Source: Camelus ferus
Lineage: Eukaryota
Direction: 5' to 3'
NCBI RefSeq assembly: GCF_009834535.1
Contig: NC_045697.1
Coordinates: 67,458,001 to 67,522,000 of the forward strand
Length of the DNA: 64,000 nucleotides
The notes beneath the pieces are model-generated. The model made no database searches. It was not told the origin of the DNA and saw only the letters and a list, made by a program, of their open reading frames with translations. The translations under genes and the position numbers were made by a program. Numbering within the stretch: the first letter of the stretch is position 1; each line of letters begins with the position of its first letter. This document shows, one piece after another, positions 25,706 to 38,000 of the stretch.

Positions 25706-28700
25706 CGGCACATGTACTGTGTGTCATGCTGGCTGTGCACAAATATCTCAAAAATTCACATCATTCTAGACAAGGTCCCAGAGATAACTAGAGAAGTAAC
25801 ACTGATTGGCAACAGTTCTAAATATTGTAGGCAATTGGTCTGACAATAGTAAGAGATTTATTTCGTCCTATTTAATATGCTGTATATTTGGAATTTTAAG
25901 CGAGATGTGCCTTCTTTGCAATATATCACTTATAATCCATCGCATGTACTACAGTGGGAAGGAGTGTCTGCATTTGTTGTGTGTTCAATGGCTCATAAAA
26001 AAGAGCTGACCTAAGAAACATCCACAATATTTGGAGAAATACTTGTTAAGCCCTAAAGTATTTTCAAATAGCAGCTTTCTGGCTCAGGGTAGAATATCCT
26101 GACATGTTTAGTATCTCTCTCAACTATAGGGATTTTGCTGATTGTATCTTGTAGGAAATAGCTGTTCTGAAGGCACAAATTTGAGAGTACGTATTTGAAC
26201 ATAAACTCTAAAATCTGGTTTGTTAACATCCTCTAAGGAAGCAGTACAGGTTATTAAACTAGAAATTTACACTGTGGATCTTAAAGTAATTTCTTATATC
26301 CCATAGGAGAGAAGATTTGGCTGACCCATCCCCTGCAAATAATTAAAAGAAGAGTGTGATTTCACTTCTAATTGGATTTCTAAGGTAATCACTTTATTAG
26401 CACGTTGTATGCATGTCATTCCAGGGCATATACACTTGTCAGTTCCTGTTAGATCTGCTCATGGAGGCCCAGAGTGCCGATATGGCCATAGGCTGAAGAG
26501 GGCTGGTGCAGTATAGATGGTGCCACCAATCTATAGCTTGGTTTGTTTTTGTTCATCTCCCACTAAGATAGACTTCTCCTCTTAGGTAGAAAGGATCACT
26601 ATGTGCATTAAATTATTGTATAATGGAAGTAATTATACTTACTAGCATAGCTGTATAAATATTGAAGACAGAAAATGAAAATAAAGTACATCCATTTGAG
26701 AAACTTACCACATGAAAAGTGCCACTTATCTACTGTTCTGAGAACAAGGGGAATAAAATTCTCCATGGTCAACCAAGTCATCTGAAAGTGAATAGGAAAT
26801 GCTTGGGATAGTTTTAAGCCCAGATCAACACTTCCTAAGTAATTTTGAGAATATACTTGACCAAACTATAAACTTTGTGTCTTGCTTACTAAAATGGCTA
26901 TGATAATAATACTCCCTGTAGTAGAATATTTATTGCTAACAGCATACAAAAAATAGGGTAATCGTGTATCCTCCTTTGCATGCGATAAATTCAGTTCATG
27001 TCTGTTATAGTGGCATTCTGACTAGTTTGATATTTGTCACTTTCAAATATATCCATATATTGATGATAAATAACATGGATGCCGCAGATCATAAGCCCTT
27101 CTTACTGATTTTGTTCAGGTCCCATGACGTCCCCAAGCAAGCCAAAGACTTGGGGGAAGGTGACTTCACCTCCTCCATCTCCAAGAGTGGGTTGTGGTAT
27201 ATCTAACCCAGCAGTTGATTTAGGCTCTCAAGCTATGCTTTATCTAATCAGTACATGACATTCTCCCGAGAACACTTTAAACCCAGTTGTGAGCATGGAG
27301 TCTGAGTTATCTGACTCAAAATAAAAGGACAGATTTATTTCACCATTCTGGAAGAGAGGAAGTTTTTTCTCTCCTTTTAAAGTAAATATGAATGGATTTT
27401 GTCCCAATGGTTAACGTCAGATATCTGGCAAGCATGACGGCAGGTAGCTTGATGATAAAGCTAACCCGAAGGCAAATTTAAAAATTCCTGGAGCCATGTT
27501 CACAGCCCACCTGACAACACTCCACCTTCAGTATGTTTTGCTCTTTCAGATAATAATTGGCTTTATTGTTTATGCCAGTTGAGGTAGTATTTTTTTGAAA
27601 TAAATTACAGCTAAAATATTCTAATAAATACACTCTCTTATGAGGTTTCTCTAAGGATTAAATAAGATTATCCATATGAAATGCTTAGCACAGTGTTGCA
27701 AATGGTAAATAGTAACTTATTTACTTTTAATATAACTGGGGAAATGCTGCCACAAGAGAATTCAAGCACAAACACTCAGATATATAGAATTTTGTAGCTT
27801 AAATCTGTCACATTCTTCTTAAAAGTAAAAAATGGCTCACTATTTTTAGATGGATAAGATCCTCTTCTCATTGCATAGACCAGGCAACCAGTATCTAGAC
27901 AGAAGCTAGTAAGCACTGGGGTTTTCTTTCTCAGCATCTAACTTCTCTATAGAACATCACACATCAGTCTCTTACTGGAGTGGAAAGAACGTAAGGTTAA
28001 AAACATCAATCTGATTGGAGTACCTAATTGTGGTAGACATTTGTGTGTGAGTGTGTGTGTGTCTGTGTGTGTGCACATGTGAGAGTGGATCTAGACTCTT
28101 TATATGATCATCCCACATCCAGTAATAACACTCAAAATATTGTGAAGAATCTACTTTTCTCCATTCTCAACCCAGGTGGTTTGGGGAGGGCTGCGCTCTC
28201 TATCCCTAAGGTGGAACTTGTTTTCAAAGACCAACTGGAATTAGGACATAACTTTCTCCCTGGCGAGGAGTGAACATGTGACTCAAGCCATGCCAATAAG
28301 AACCAATCGTGTTGGACTCAGAAGGCTTCTGCTAAAGCACTGAAGAAATGGACAGTGGTGCACTCCCTCATGCTACTCTTAAATTTGAGACCATGTATGA
28401 CCAGAGCTGCTACCGCTGTGAAGAAGCTGGTCTTTCATTGCACTCATTTAGCTCTCTCAAACAAAAACTTCCACAGCTGCCTCCCTCCTTTCTAGTTTGC
28501 AATGTACTCATTGTTCAGGGCTTCATAACTCCCCAATGTAATTATTCCATGGAAAAATGAATTTTGAGGTGGGAATCATATATGCTAGGCTCAGTTCTGG
28601 GATACCCAGTGAGCAAAGACTTGGCCCTTGAGGAGCCCTCATAAACAATTAACAATTGCAAGGCAATTAAGATAGCATGGCCCCTGAATATCTACACTGC

Positions 28701-31137
28701 AAAGTTTTTAACTGTTGGGCACTGTATCAAGAGCCCCTTTTACAGTGCATTCAAGGAGAGTTGCTGCCTAATTGTTTTGGCTCTAGAAAAAGTTAGGAAT
28801 TTGGTAATCGAATTATAAAACTATTTTGAAAGCTAATTTTAAACTAAGCCTCTCATCTACTTTTTCACACTGCACAGCTAGTTTGGAAATAAGCAAGAAG
28901 CTTCAAGATTTCTAAGTCCACAAATAGAAATCAATATATCCAGCTTCATGCAACTGAAGAATGTGCCCCCAGCAGGAGGGAAGAGGCCTGCGTGCATTTT
29001 CTCAATCAAACTATCCATGAAGAACAGTATGTAGAAGGAAGCAAGCAGTCAGGCTTTGAGCTTATGAAGACTTCATCAATTTATCCAAAGATGGGGTTGC
29101 TGAATTAATAAGCATTTTGAGATTCTGATAAAAACAAAAAGTAAAAACCAAAATAGAAAAAAAAAAAACCCAAAACCTCTTTGTCCTTAATTTTATTTCC
29201 CATTTATTAGGGAAAGAAAATCAGAGAGCCATTCGCAGATGTGAGTCTGAATCAGTTCTGTGCTATCATAACAGGAAGCCTGACAACTCTACAGGGAGAA
29301 GATAAAAATATGTGAAGAGCTGGCCAAAAAGCTTTGCCCATCAAGCTAACCCCTTTAGAAATGTTGATTTTCACAGGAAGAAGCGCAGGATTGTTTTATT
29401 TCTCGGAGGTCGGTGATGGGTATTCTATTTTGACTTTAAGTGTATAAGGTAGGGTGTTACGTGTCCCTGAACTCTCAATGGAGATGAGCTCTTGATTGGA
29501 TTGCAGCTACCTCGCATACAGAAGGGAAAAGTGCTGAAAGATGAGAAAATGGCAAGAATTAATACTGGAGATTTTTCCAGGGGGAAGGCAGAGAGAGAAA
29601 GAGGTGATCTGATTATACATTCAGGGATGACAGGTGAGCCTCCAAAAGTTGAAGAGGTTCAGTTCGGATATCCATCTCAACATTTAGCTGCTCATCTGAA
29701 GCTTTGCCAAGCACAAGGGAATATATTATGTTTCAAAAACTGTTGACAATGTCTCAAGATCTGTGGGGCTCTCCATAAGGCCTCTCGCTTGTTCTTGTAT
29801 TTCTCCTCACTCCATCTCAAGAACAAAAGGTCATCAAGATTGTGTATTGTAGTTGAAATTTTCTTTTACTTCATATTTTCCTATTGCTGCTACCCTTGGG
29901 GCTTCTAAAAGAGAATGGAATTTTACTACATAGAGAACATGACTACTTTTAAAACTTCTTTTCAGTGCCAAATTAGTGCAATCCTAAAAAAAAAAAAAAA
30001 AAGGAAGTTAAAATACCAAAATCATAATTTTGTCCTTAATTTTGTGAAAGTTTTTATTGGCTTTATTTATTTTCAGAAATATGTTTGGCAAATTAGTGAG
30101 TAATTAAATTATCTCCTTTTAACTAGTTGTTTGGCTCTTCTGCCTAATTATAGTTGAAGAGTAAACTTTTTTCTTGTTGTTTGACAGTACAAATTAATTT
30201 TAACATCACAAACTATATGACTTTTACCACTGCCAGGCATTCAGCTAAGAATTTTATAGTCACTATCTCATTTAATTGTCAGAATTTGGCATTAAAAAAC
30301 AATAAACAAAGCAAAATGAAATTCCCACACAAAATAAATTCTGAAAAAAAGAGATTTAACCCTGCCTACTGCCAAAATTAATAATTATTTCTATATGCAT
30401 GCTATACAAATTGTGGTCTCAGATCCTCATTACTTGGAAGCCTGTAAGAAATATGGAATCTCAGGGTCCACCTCAAATATATTTCAAAGTATTTGTTTTT
30501 TAAGCAATTTCCCTGGTGATTCTTATACAAATTAAAGAAGAAATATTCTAAAATATACTGCTATTTTTTTCTTGATAATGAATTTTGTTGGCATTATCAA
30601 AGCTTTTGAGAGCACAAACCTATTTCTTTTTAATTGAAAATTAAATTATGTTATTTTTGTTTAGCAGTATATATGCATTTTTAAAATAAAATTTTTAAAA
30701 TTTGTAGATTTATAAAGAAGGAAATAAAGTATCTCATAATCTCATCCCTTGAAGATGATCTCTATTAACAGTATAAAAAGTCCAAGGGATAACTGTATTT
30801 TAACTCCCAAACTAAAATAAAAATAATTAAATTACTAATTTAACATGGCTCTCTTAGGAGAATTATAAGCCCATTTAGGCTTATAACATTTAGAGTATTA
30901 TTTAATTTAAAAAAGATAATAGCTGAGCCTTCCCCTACATGAGATTTCAATAAGAAGGATTTTGAAAGCTCTAAGGGGCGTGGAGGGGGATAATTCTAAT
31001 TCTTTGAAATTATATTTTCAAATATTATATACATACATTTTATTCAACATGCTGCTCTTTCTTTCCTCTCTACTGTATACGATATCCTTATTTACCACAG
31101 AGGTAGAAATCAGGAAGTGAAAGCTTAATAGAATTTG

Positions 31138-32963
31138 TGGCTGGCAGCCAAGATGGCAGAGTAGCAGGAAGCAGAGCTCATCTCCTTTCATGAACACACC
31201 AAAATCACAACTAACTGCAGAAGAGCCATCGATAAAAAAGACTGGAACCTACCAGAACAGATCTTCCATAACTAAAGTCATAAAGAAACCACAAAGTAAC
31301 AGGTAGGAGAAGACTCGTGATATAACCAGATCATCTGCCCTCCAGGTGGGTGACCCACAAACTGGAGAATAATTATATTGCACAGGTTCTTCCAGAGGAG
31401 TGAAAGTTCTGAACCCCATATCAGGCTCCCCAACCTGGGATTCTGACACTAGGAATAGGTACCCCCACGATATTTGGCTTTGAAAGACAGCGGGGCTTAG
31501 TTGCAGGGCTCCACAGGACTGAGGGAAACAGAGACTTCACTCTTGAAGGAAGCACACAAAATCTCATGCTCACTGGGACCAAGCTTAGAGTAATGATCAT
31601 AAAGATGATCCAAGAACTCAAGAGGAGCATGGATGCACAGAGCAAGAGGTTAGAAGTTTTTAACAAAGAATTATAAAGAACAATCAGAGTTGCAGAATAT
31701 AATAACTGAAATGAAAAATACACTAAAAGGAATCAATAGTAGACTAAATGAGGCAGAAGAACGGATAGTGAGCTGGATGACAGAATAGTGAAAATCACTA
31801 CTTCAGAACAGAAAAAAAAGAATGAAAAGAAATCAGGACAGTTTAGGAGACCTCTGGGATAACATCAAACACACTAATTGCATTATTAGGGGTCCCAAAT
31901 GGAGAAGAGAGAGAGAAAGGGACTGAAAAAATATTTGAAGAGATAATAGCTGAAAACTGCCATAACTTGGGAAAGGAAACAGTCACCCAAGTCCAGGAAG
32001 CACAGGGTTTCATATAGTATTAACCCTAAGAGGAACACACCTAGGACACATTGAAATTAAGGTGATAAAAATTAAAGATATAGAGACAATATTAAAAACA
32101 ACAAGGGAAAAGCAACAAATAACATACAAGGGAATTCCCATAAGACTATCAGCTGATTTTTCAGCAGAAACTCTGCAGGCCAGAAGGGAGTGGCATGATA
32201 TATTTAAAGTGATGAAGGAAAAAATCCTACAACCAAGAATACTCTACTCAGCAAAGGCACTTATTCAGATTTGATGGAGAAATCAAAAGCTTTACAGACA
32301 AGCAAAAGCTAGAAGAATTCTGCACCACTAAACTAGCCTTACAACAAACACTAAAGGAACACCTCTAGGCAGGGGAAAAAAAAAAAAAAAAGCCCACAAG
32401 TAGAAACAAGAAAATTACAAAATGGAAAAGTTCACCAGTAAAGGCAAGCATACAGTCAAGGTAGGAAATCATCCACACAGAAACTAGTACACGGGTTGAA
32501 AGACAAAAGTAGAAATATCATCTGTATCCACAATAAACAGTTAAGGGATACACAAAACAAATGTAAAATATGATCTCAAAAACAGTAATTATGAATGGAG
32601 CAGAGGACAAATGCAGGGTATATAAAATGCATTTGAAATTAAGAGATCAGCAACCTAAAGCAATCATATATATATAGACTGCTATACCAAAACACAGTAA
32701 CCACAAACCAAAATCTATAATGGATATACACACAAAAAAGAAAAAGAAATCTGAACATAACACTGAAGATAGTCATCAAATCACAAGAGAAGAGAACAAA
32801 AGAAGAAAAGAAAAGAAAAAAAAAAGAAAAAAGAAAAAAAAGACCTACAAAAATAACTCCAAAACAATGGACAAAATGGCCATAAGTACTTACATATCAA
32901 TTATTACCTTAAATCTAAATGGACTAAATGCTCCAATCAAAAGACACAAAAGGACTGAATGGA
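31138..32963 (+). mobile_element. L1 5' portion: 5' UTR (internally deleted), decayed ORF1, spacer, first ~29 codons of ORF2
   Basis: YY1-type CAAGATGGC at 31149-31157. ORF1 motif REKQQITYKGIPIRLSADFSAETLQARREW with stop at 32366-32368. ORF2 start MAISTYISIITLNLNGLNAPIKRH at 32876. Confidence 0.92.
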
Positions 32964-33284
32964 CAGCTCTGGTAGTTTTCGAGTAGAGCTTTTAGGGTTT
33001 TCTATATATAGTATCATGTCATCTGCATACAGTGACAATTTTACTTTTTCTCTTCCAATTTGGATCCTTTTATTTCTTTTTCTTTCCTGATTGCTGTGGC
33101 TAGGACTTCCAAGACTATGTTGAATAGAAGTAGTGAGAATTGTCTTGTTCCAGATTTTGGTGGGAAGGCTTTGTGTTTTTCACCATTGAGTATTATGCTG
33201 GCTGTGGGTTTGTCATGAATAGCTTTTATTATGTTGAGATATGCTCACTCTATACCCACTTTGGGAAGAGTTTTTATCATAAAT
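32964..33284 (-). mobile_element. Internal L1 ORF2 reverse-transcriptase fragment
   Basis: Minus strand encodes [22 protein letters not shown]...SGTRQ...LYADDMILYIENPK (RT catalytic YADD), with stop, deletion and frameshift. Confidence 0.92.
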
Positions 33285-33999
33285 CAATCAGTATATATTT
33301 GAGTTAAAATATATAGTGTCATTTTGAACTGCTTTCTATTTTGTAAACTTTGAAATTTGACAGTTTTTTAATTTAGCTAATATATATTTCTAACTATTCA
33401 TCTTTTTCCAATTGAAAAAAATGGTCGTTTCATGTGGAATGAGATGTCCTCCTACATGTATATTTTATTTATTCCATGCTATCAGGATAACAGGGCAGTG
33501 TCAAATATAGTCTTTTAAAAATGTTAGAGGGTTGGGGACAAAGTGGTTCCATTTCATAATGTTGAGGATGTGTCTATTCATAGCCAAGTCAACATCTCTG
33601 AGGTCATGGTCTGGTTTTAAGTCAACTGTCATCAATGCTTCAAATCCTGAGAAGACTGGAATACTCATAATCAAAACCTCACAATCAAGGAATTTTTGTT
33701 ATTCCAGGAAAGTCTGTAATCTCTTCTTCATCTATTATTGATCCTTTCACTTTGTGCATGTATACAAATGAATTTACTAACAATACAATATAAGCACATA
33801 ATCTTTTTGTCTTTAATAATCTATCATTATTGATAGCTTTAACTTCTTATCCGTCATTTATTACTTACTTCATTGTTTCTGAGGTAAGCCACAAAGCTGA
33901 ACAAATTAGATATAAGTGTGTTCATATTCTTAAGTGGGGTTCTAGACATGTCTAGACAGTGTGGTAAGTACTGACCATCCTTACCTCATAAAAGAGGAT

Positions 34000-35058
34000 G
34001 TTAGGGAGCTTTTTTGGAGAGGGCAGTTCTTCAATAGAAACTGGTTAGAGTATGTTTTCCACCACCTCAACTACCAAGACAATTAGTTTGGGGGAAGCAG
34101 GTGGGTGCAAGAGAATCTGTTGGGAGGTTTGGGAAAGGCATACAAAAAGAGGAGAGTGTCATCGCATACCTAGGCTTCATGCTTGCCGACCTGCAGAAAT
34201 TTTAGGTCTTTACAATGCTGTTAACAGAAAGATACGTTAGAAAAGTTATTGAGAGAACTTGACATGTGGTAGAATGGATTGAGGCTGTGGGTTAGAAAAG
34301 CATGTGGAAAGAGGGCAGTGGAGAGAGGATTTTTTATGTATGCTTTTACCATGGGTAAGGGTGAATGAGGGCAGGTAGGCTAACGAGGTGAATAGTTGTG
34401 AGTCACCTGAAAGGTTCCACACAAGAGGCCTGCCACTGGGTGTGGGAGACTGGACAGAGAAAGTCAGCAGCTATGGGGAAGTACTGGGAAGTCACTGGAA
34501 TGTGTCCCCTATCACAGGAGCCAACTGTACAATGAGGAGCCCCCACCCCCACTCCTCTAGGTTATGAAGAAACTACTAGAACACCTTCCATGACAGAGAA
34601 TGTTTTATAGTCAACAAATATTCACCAGCTAAGTAAACAAGCCTTCAACTCTGCCCATCTAATCTCTCCTCCCCTTTGTCTGACTATAGGAAGAAAGCCA
34701 GGAACAATGGAGAGTGAAATACAGACCAGCTCCTTCCTTCTACAATGCTGGCCATTGAGCCACTACTCATTTCAGATGTGAAGGACAGGAGAAATTTTTA
34801 ATTTGGTTGTGAGATTAAAATTTTTATTTAGATTAGACTGAACATCTCAACACCCTGAAAATGAAAATGTTCAAAGACTCTTCTAAGAGGTGAAAACTAA
34901 ACTCTGTGGGATCAGATCGAGTTGTGTTTACAGCAAGAAAAGAAGATCTAATAAATTATGTTGAAGATATTTGTAAGAGAGTAAAAAAAAAAAAAAACCC
35001 ACCATTTCTTGACTGCACCCTAATGAGTTCAGCTGACTGAAAAAACTGCTTATACATA
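34000..35058 (+). mobile_element. Ancient Gypsy-like LTR (MamGypLTR1-like)
   Basis: gagattaaaatttttattagattagactgaac... and terminal tgagttcagctgactgaaaaaactgcttataca resemble the MamGypLTR 3' half; the left boundary is uncertain. Confidence 0.45.
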
Positions 35059-38000
35059 CATTAAATATATGGGGTCATTCACTTGCAAATATACTTTACA
35101 CAAATTACTTGTTTTTAAAGTAACTTATGCCAAAGCCTCCAAATATAGGTCATACAACAGAATGCAAAATAAGGTCTTTCCTATCAAATATAACCTTCAG
35201 GAACTTCAAACACACTAATCCATCAGCAAATAGGCATTGCACATTCATTCATTCAAATATACGTTGAGTACTGCAAATTGGCACTAGGGCTGGCTATATG
35301 AGTCTAGAAAATCTTACGTTTCATGTTTCATATAAACCTTAATACAAAAAAATTGAAAATGAGCATTTTCCAATTTTAAACATTATACTAATTGTTTAGA
35401 CTGGTAAAGATTATTAAAGTGCTCTTGTTAATCTCACCATTAGAGTAAGGTGAGAAATTGGACTTAACTATAATTTTTAAAAAGATGGAATATGATTGAT
35501 TTACTAAGAGAGATCAAGTACCATGAATCATGTGAAAATCCGAGGCATTTCAGGCATAGGGAATTAACAAACATATAAAGTTAGACTAAGTCACGATACT
35601 GATCAGGGCATCAGTATTTACTCTAATTTTCCAGACTTATCACTAGCCTTATATCTCCTACACTTTAGCAGCAGCAACGCCTCCATGTATGAGGTCCTTG
35701 CAGGGGCTCTGCGCTGCCCCTCAGTATCACCACATCTTCATAACTGCCCTCCTGTTAGGATCTGTGGTCCTCTTTACAGAGAGAAGAAAATTAAGACTAT
35801 TTCTTTATCTTAATCCTCCATTCTGTGGAAGCTGTGATCCCACTTTCTGTCTACTACAATTCCCTTCCATCCTGTGCACCCCTCCTGCAACACTAGGTTC
35901 AATGTCATAATCCTGGAAAGGGCAGAGGATCTAAAGTCAGAAGTCTAAGATCTGTGCCCTGCATCTGCTTCTTATTTATCATATTATTATTTAAAATCTC
36001 TGAGCCGCGTTTTACTTTTCACATGGAACTTCTCTAGCAATTGTTGTGAATGTACAGTTTAGAATAAATACTTAGGCTATAATGTACCAGTACTAAACCA
36101 TGTATAAATATTCAGAATTAAATCGATCATTTCTCTGCAACACATTGCATCTAGATGTTCTTTAGCACTTTTCACTATTATGGTTTTAATATCTTTTTCT
36201 CTTCCACAAGACAGTGAATTCCTAAAGAAGCCAACTTGCTCTCATTCATCTTTGTGGCCCAGTGTACAAGATGGTCCTTAGTGGGTGCAAAGAGATTAGT
36301 TAAGGAATATTTGAAGTTAGGAGGATAAAGCTAAGCTTAGTTCAATGACAGCCATATTAATTAGAAGTCTAAAATAAATGTAAGTATAATTTTTTTATGT
36401 TCAAGTTTCAATGTATGAATATAAAATTTTATAATAATTCACAAGTTGTAGTGATGTAAGAATAGGAACTACTAACCTATTTACAGAGATGTTTAAAATA
36501 AACAGATAAGCATGGAGCCCCTATTATAGCACATGGTATATCATTTGTTCTTTTAAATAAATGAGATTAGAGGTCTGTATAAAAAAAGAAAGCATGACTT
36601 TCCTTCCTTCTCATAAACCAGGAAGACTGGATTTCTACAAGGGACTTGAATGAACTGAACAGTTTAATTTCTCCATCGTGCTCTCTTCACCTAAAATGGT
36701 ACTAAAACCTCCTTTGATCCATTTCATAGGATGTTGAAGAAAAAGAAAGTTACACATATGAAAAGCTTGGAGTTTTTTTTTTTTTCCTTTTTTATAAAGG
36801 TCTTCTAATTTTCAATTCTATGTTCTTTTCACATCTGTGACATTTGAGGTATTGTTTTAATTTGTGTTTCCTTGAGGGCACTTGCCTGTGGGTGGTCCTG
36901 ACAGAGGAAATTTGTTTTCTGCGTGGTTTCTCTCTGGTTTTGGTGGAGCTGTTGAGCTGGGTGCCAGTCCCGTAGTGCTGGGCATCTGTCCCAGTGTGGG
37001 AAGACCTGTGCTTCTCTTGGGGATGGGTTTTCCAGCTGTCTTTTCAGTGAAGAGACGCTGTCCTTCCCACTCCCTCTTTCAGTGCCGTGGTGGCTGCCAC
37101 TACCAGGGTCTAAGTACATCAGCTACTCCCAGTGGTTCTCCTGGACGAATAACCCTAGACAAGAACTATTCACCTCTGTGAGGACAGGTTTACTGTCCTG
37201 CTCCTCCAGGTGGACTGAACTTAATCCTTACCTTCCTGGTTCTGCCAGGAGGAACAGTGGGAATGCCCTGTAAGAGAACATTGCTGCTGTACCAGCCTTC
37301 CTGTTTCCTGCTTATTTCAGCCGCTTGTTAACACTGCCTGAGTCCTGTCTAATCAATAACCAAAGGAATTTCAAAAGGCTCTCATTCTGTGGGTCTTGTT
37401 GACCTTGTTCTTATCTTGTTCTGTTGATTTTCACAACTTGATCCTCCAAACCCAGTGTGTTCCTGTGATCCAGAATTATCCCCAGTGCTTCACTGAGTAT
37501 GGGCTATTCCACCCCCACCCCCATCCCCAGAAAGTGCTGGATGACCCAGCTGGGTGTTGATCTACAGATCTTGCATTGAAACCATCAGATATCCCACAAC
37601 ATTTCTGGCACCTTGGTGGCTCTTGGAACTTGTTCCCAAGACAGATTCAAAGGTTACTCTATTGTATTGCTCACAGTTGATGAGAAGTGCACGGAAGACT
37701 ATCAAGAGTTTGTCCCCAAGCTTTCATCTCTTCCTCATAAACAAATCTTGGCATTAAACAAACAAACAAACAAACAAAAAACCCTGCTTGCATCTCATTT
37801 ATTTTCAGTATGTTTGGAAACATTGCCTTTAATAGCATCCTGCTATCATGCTGTGTCTGCACACTAACTACTTCAGAAATTGTCCAGTTGCTCCACATGT
37901 CCCTTAATAAGCTAACTGAAACTTCACTTGTGTTTGCAACACTGAAAACTCACCTGGAACTTCACCTAGACTCACAATAAACAATGTCAGTTTCCTTTGT

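Noticed and set aside
25388..25843. Six overlapping ORFs (E/G/R/K-rich or P/S/F-rich)
   Set aside because: Artefacts of the CCTT/CCCT low-complexity tract.
26709..26737. 29-nt minus-strand exon candidate (ttttattccccttgttctCAG ... GTG|GTAAGT)
   Set aside because: Good splice signals but an immediate stop in phase 0 and no independent support; it shows how easily pseudo-exons occur here.
36840..37870. GC-richer block with ORFs of 63-99 aa as a gene or promoter
   Set aside because: No recognisable protein and not a CpG island; more likely a decayed minus-strand L1M/HAL1 5' region, but too uncertain to list.
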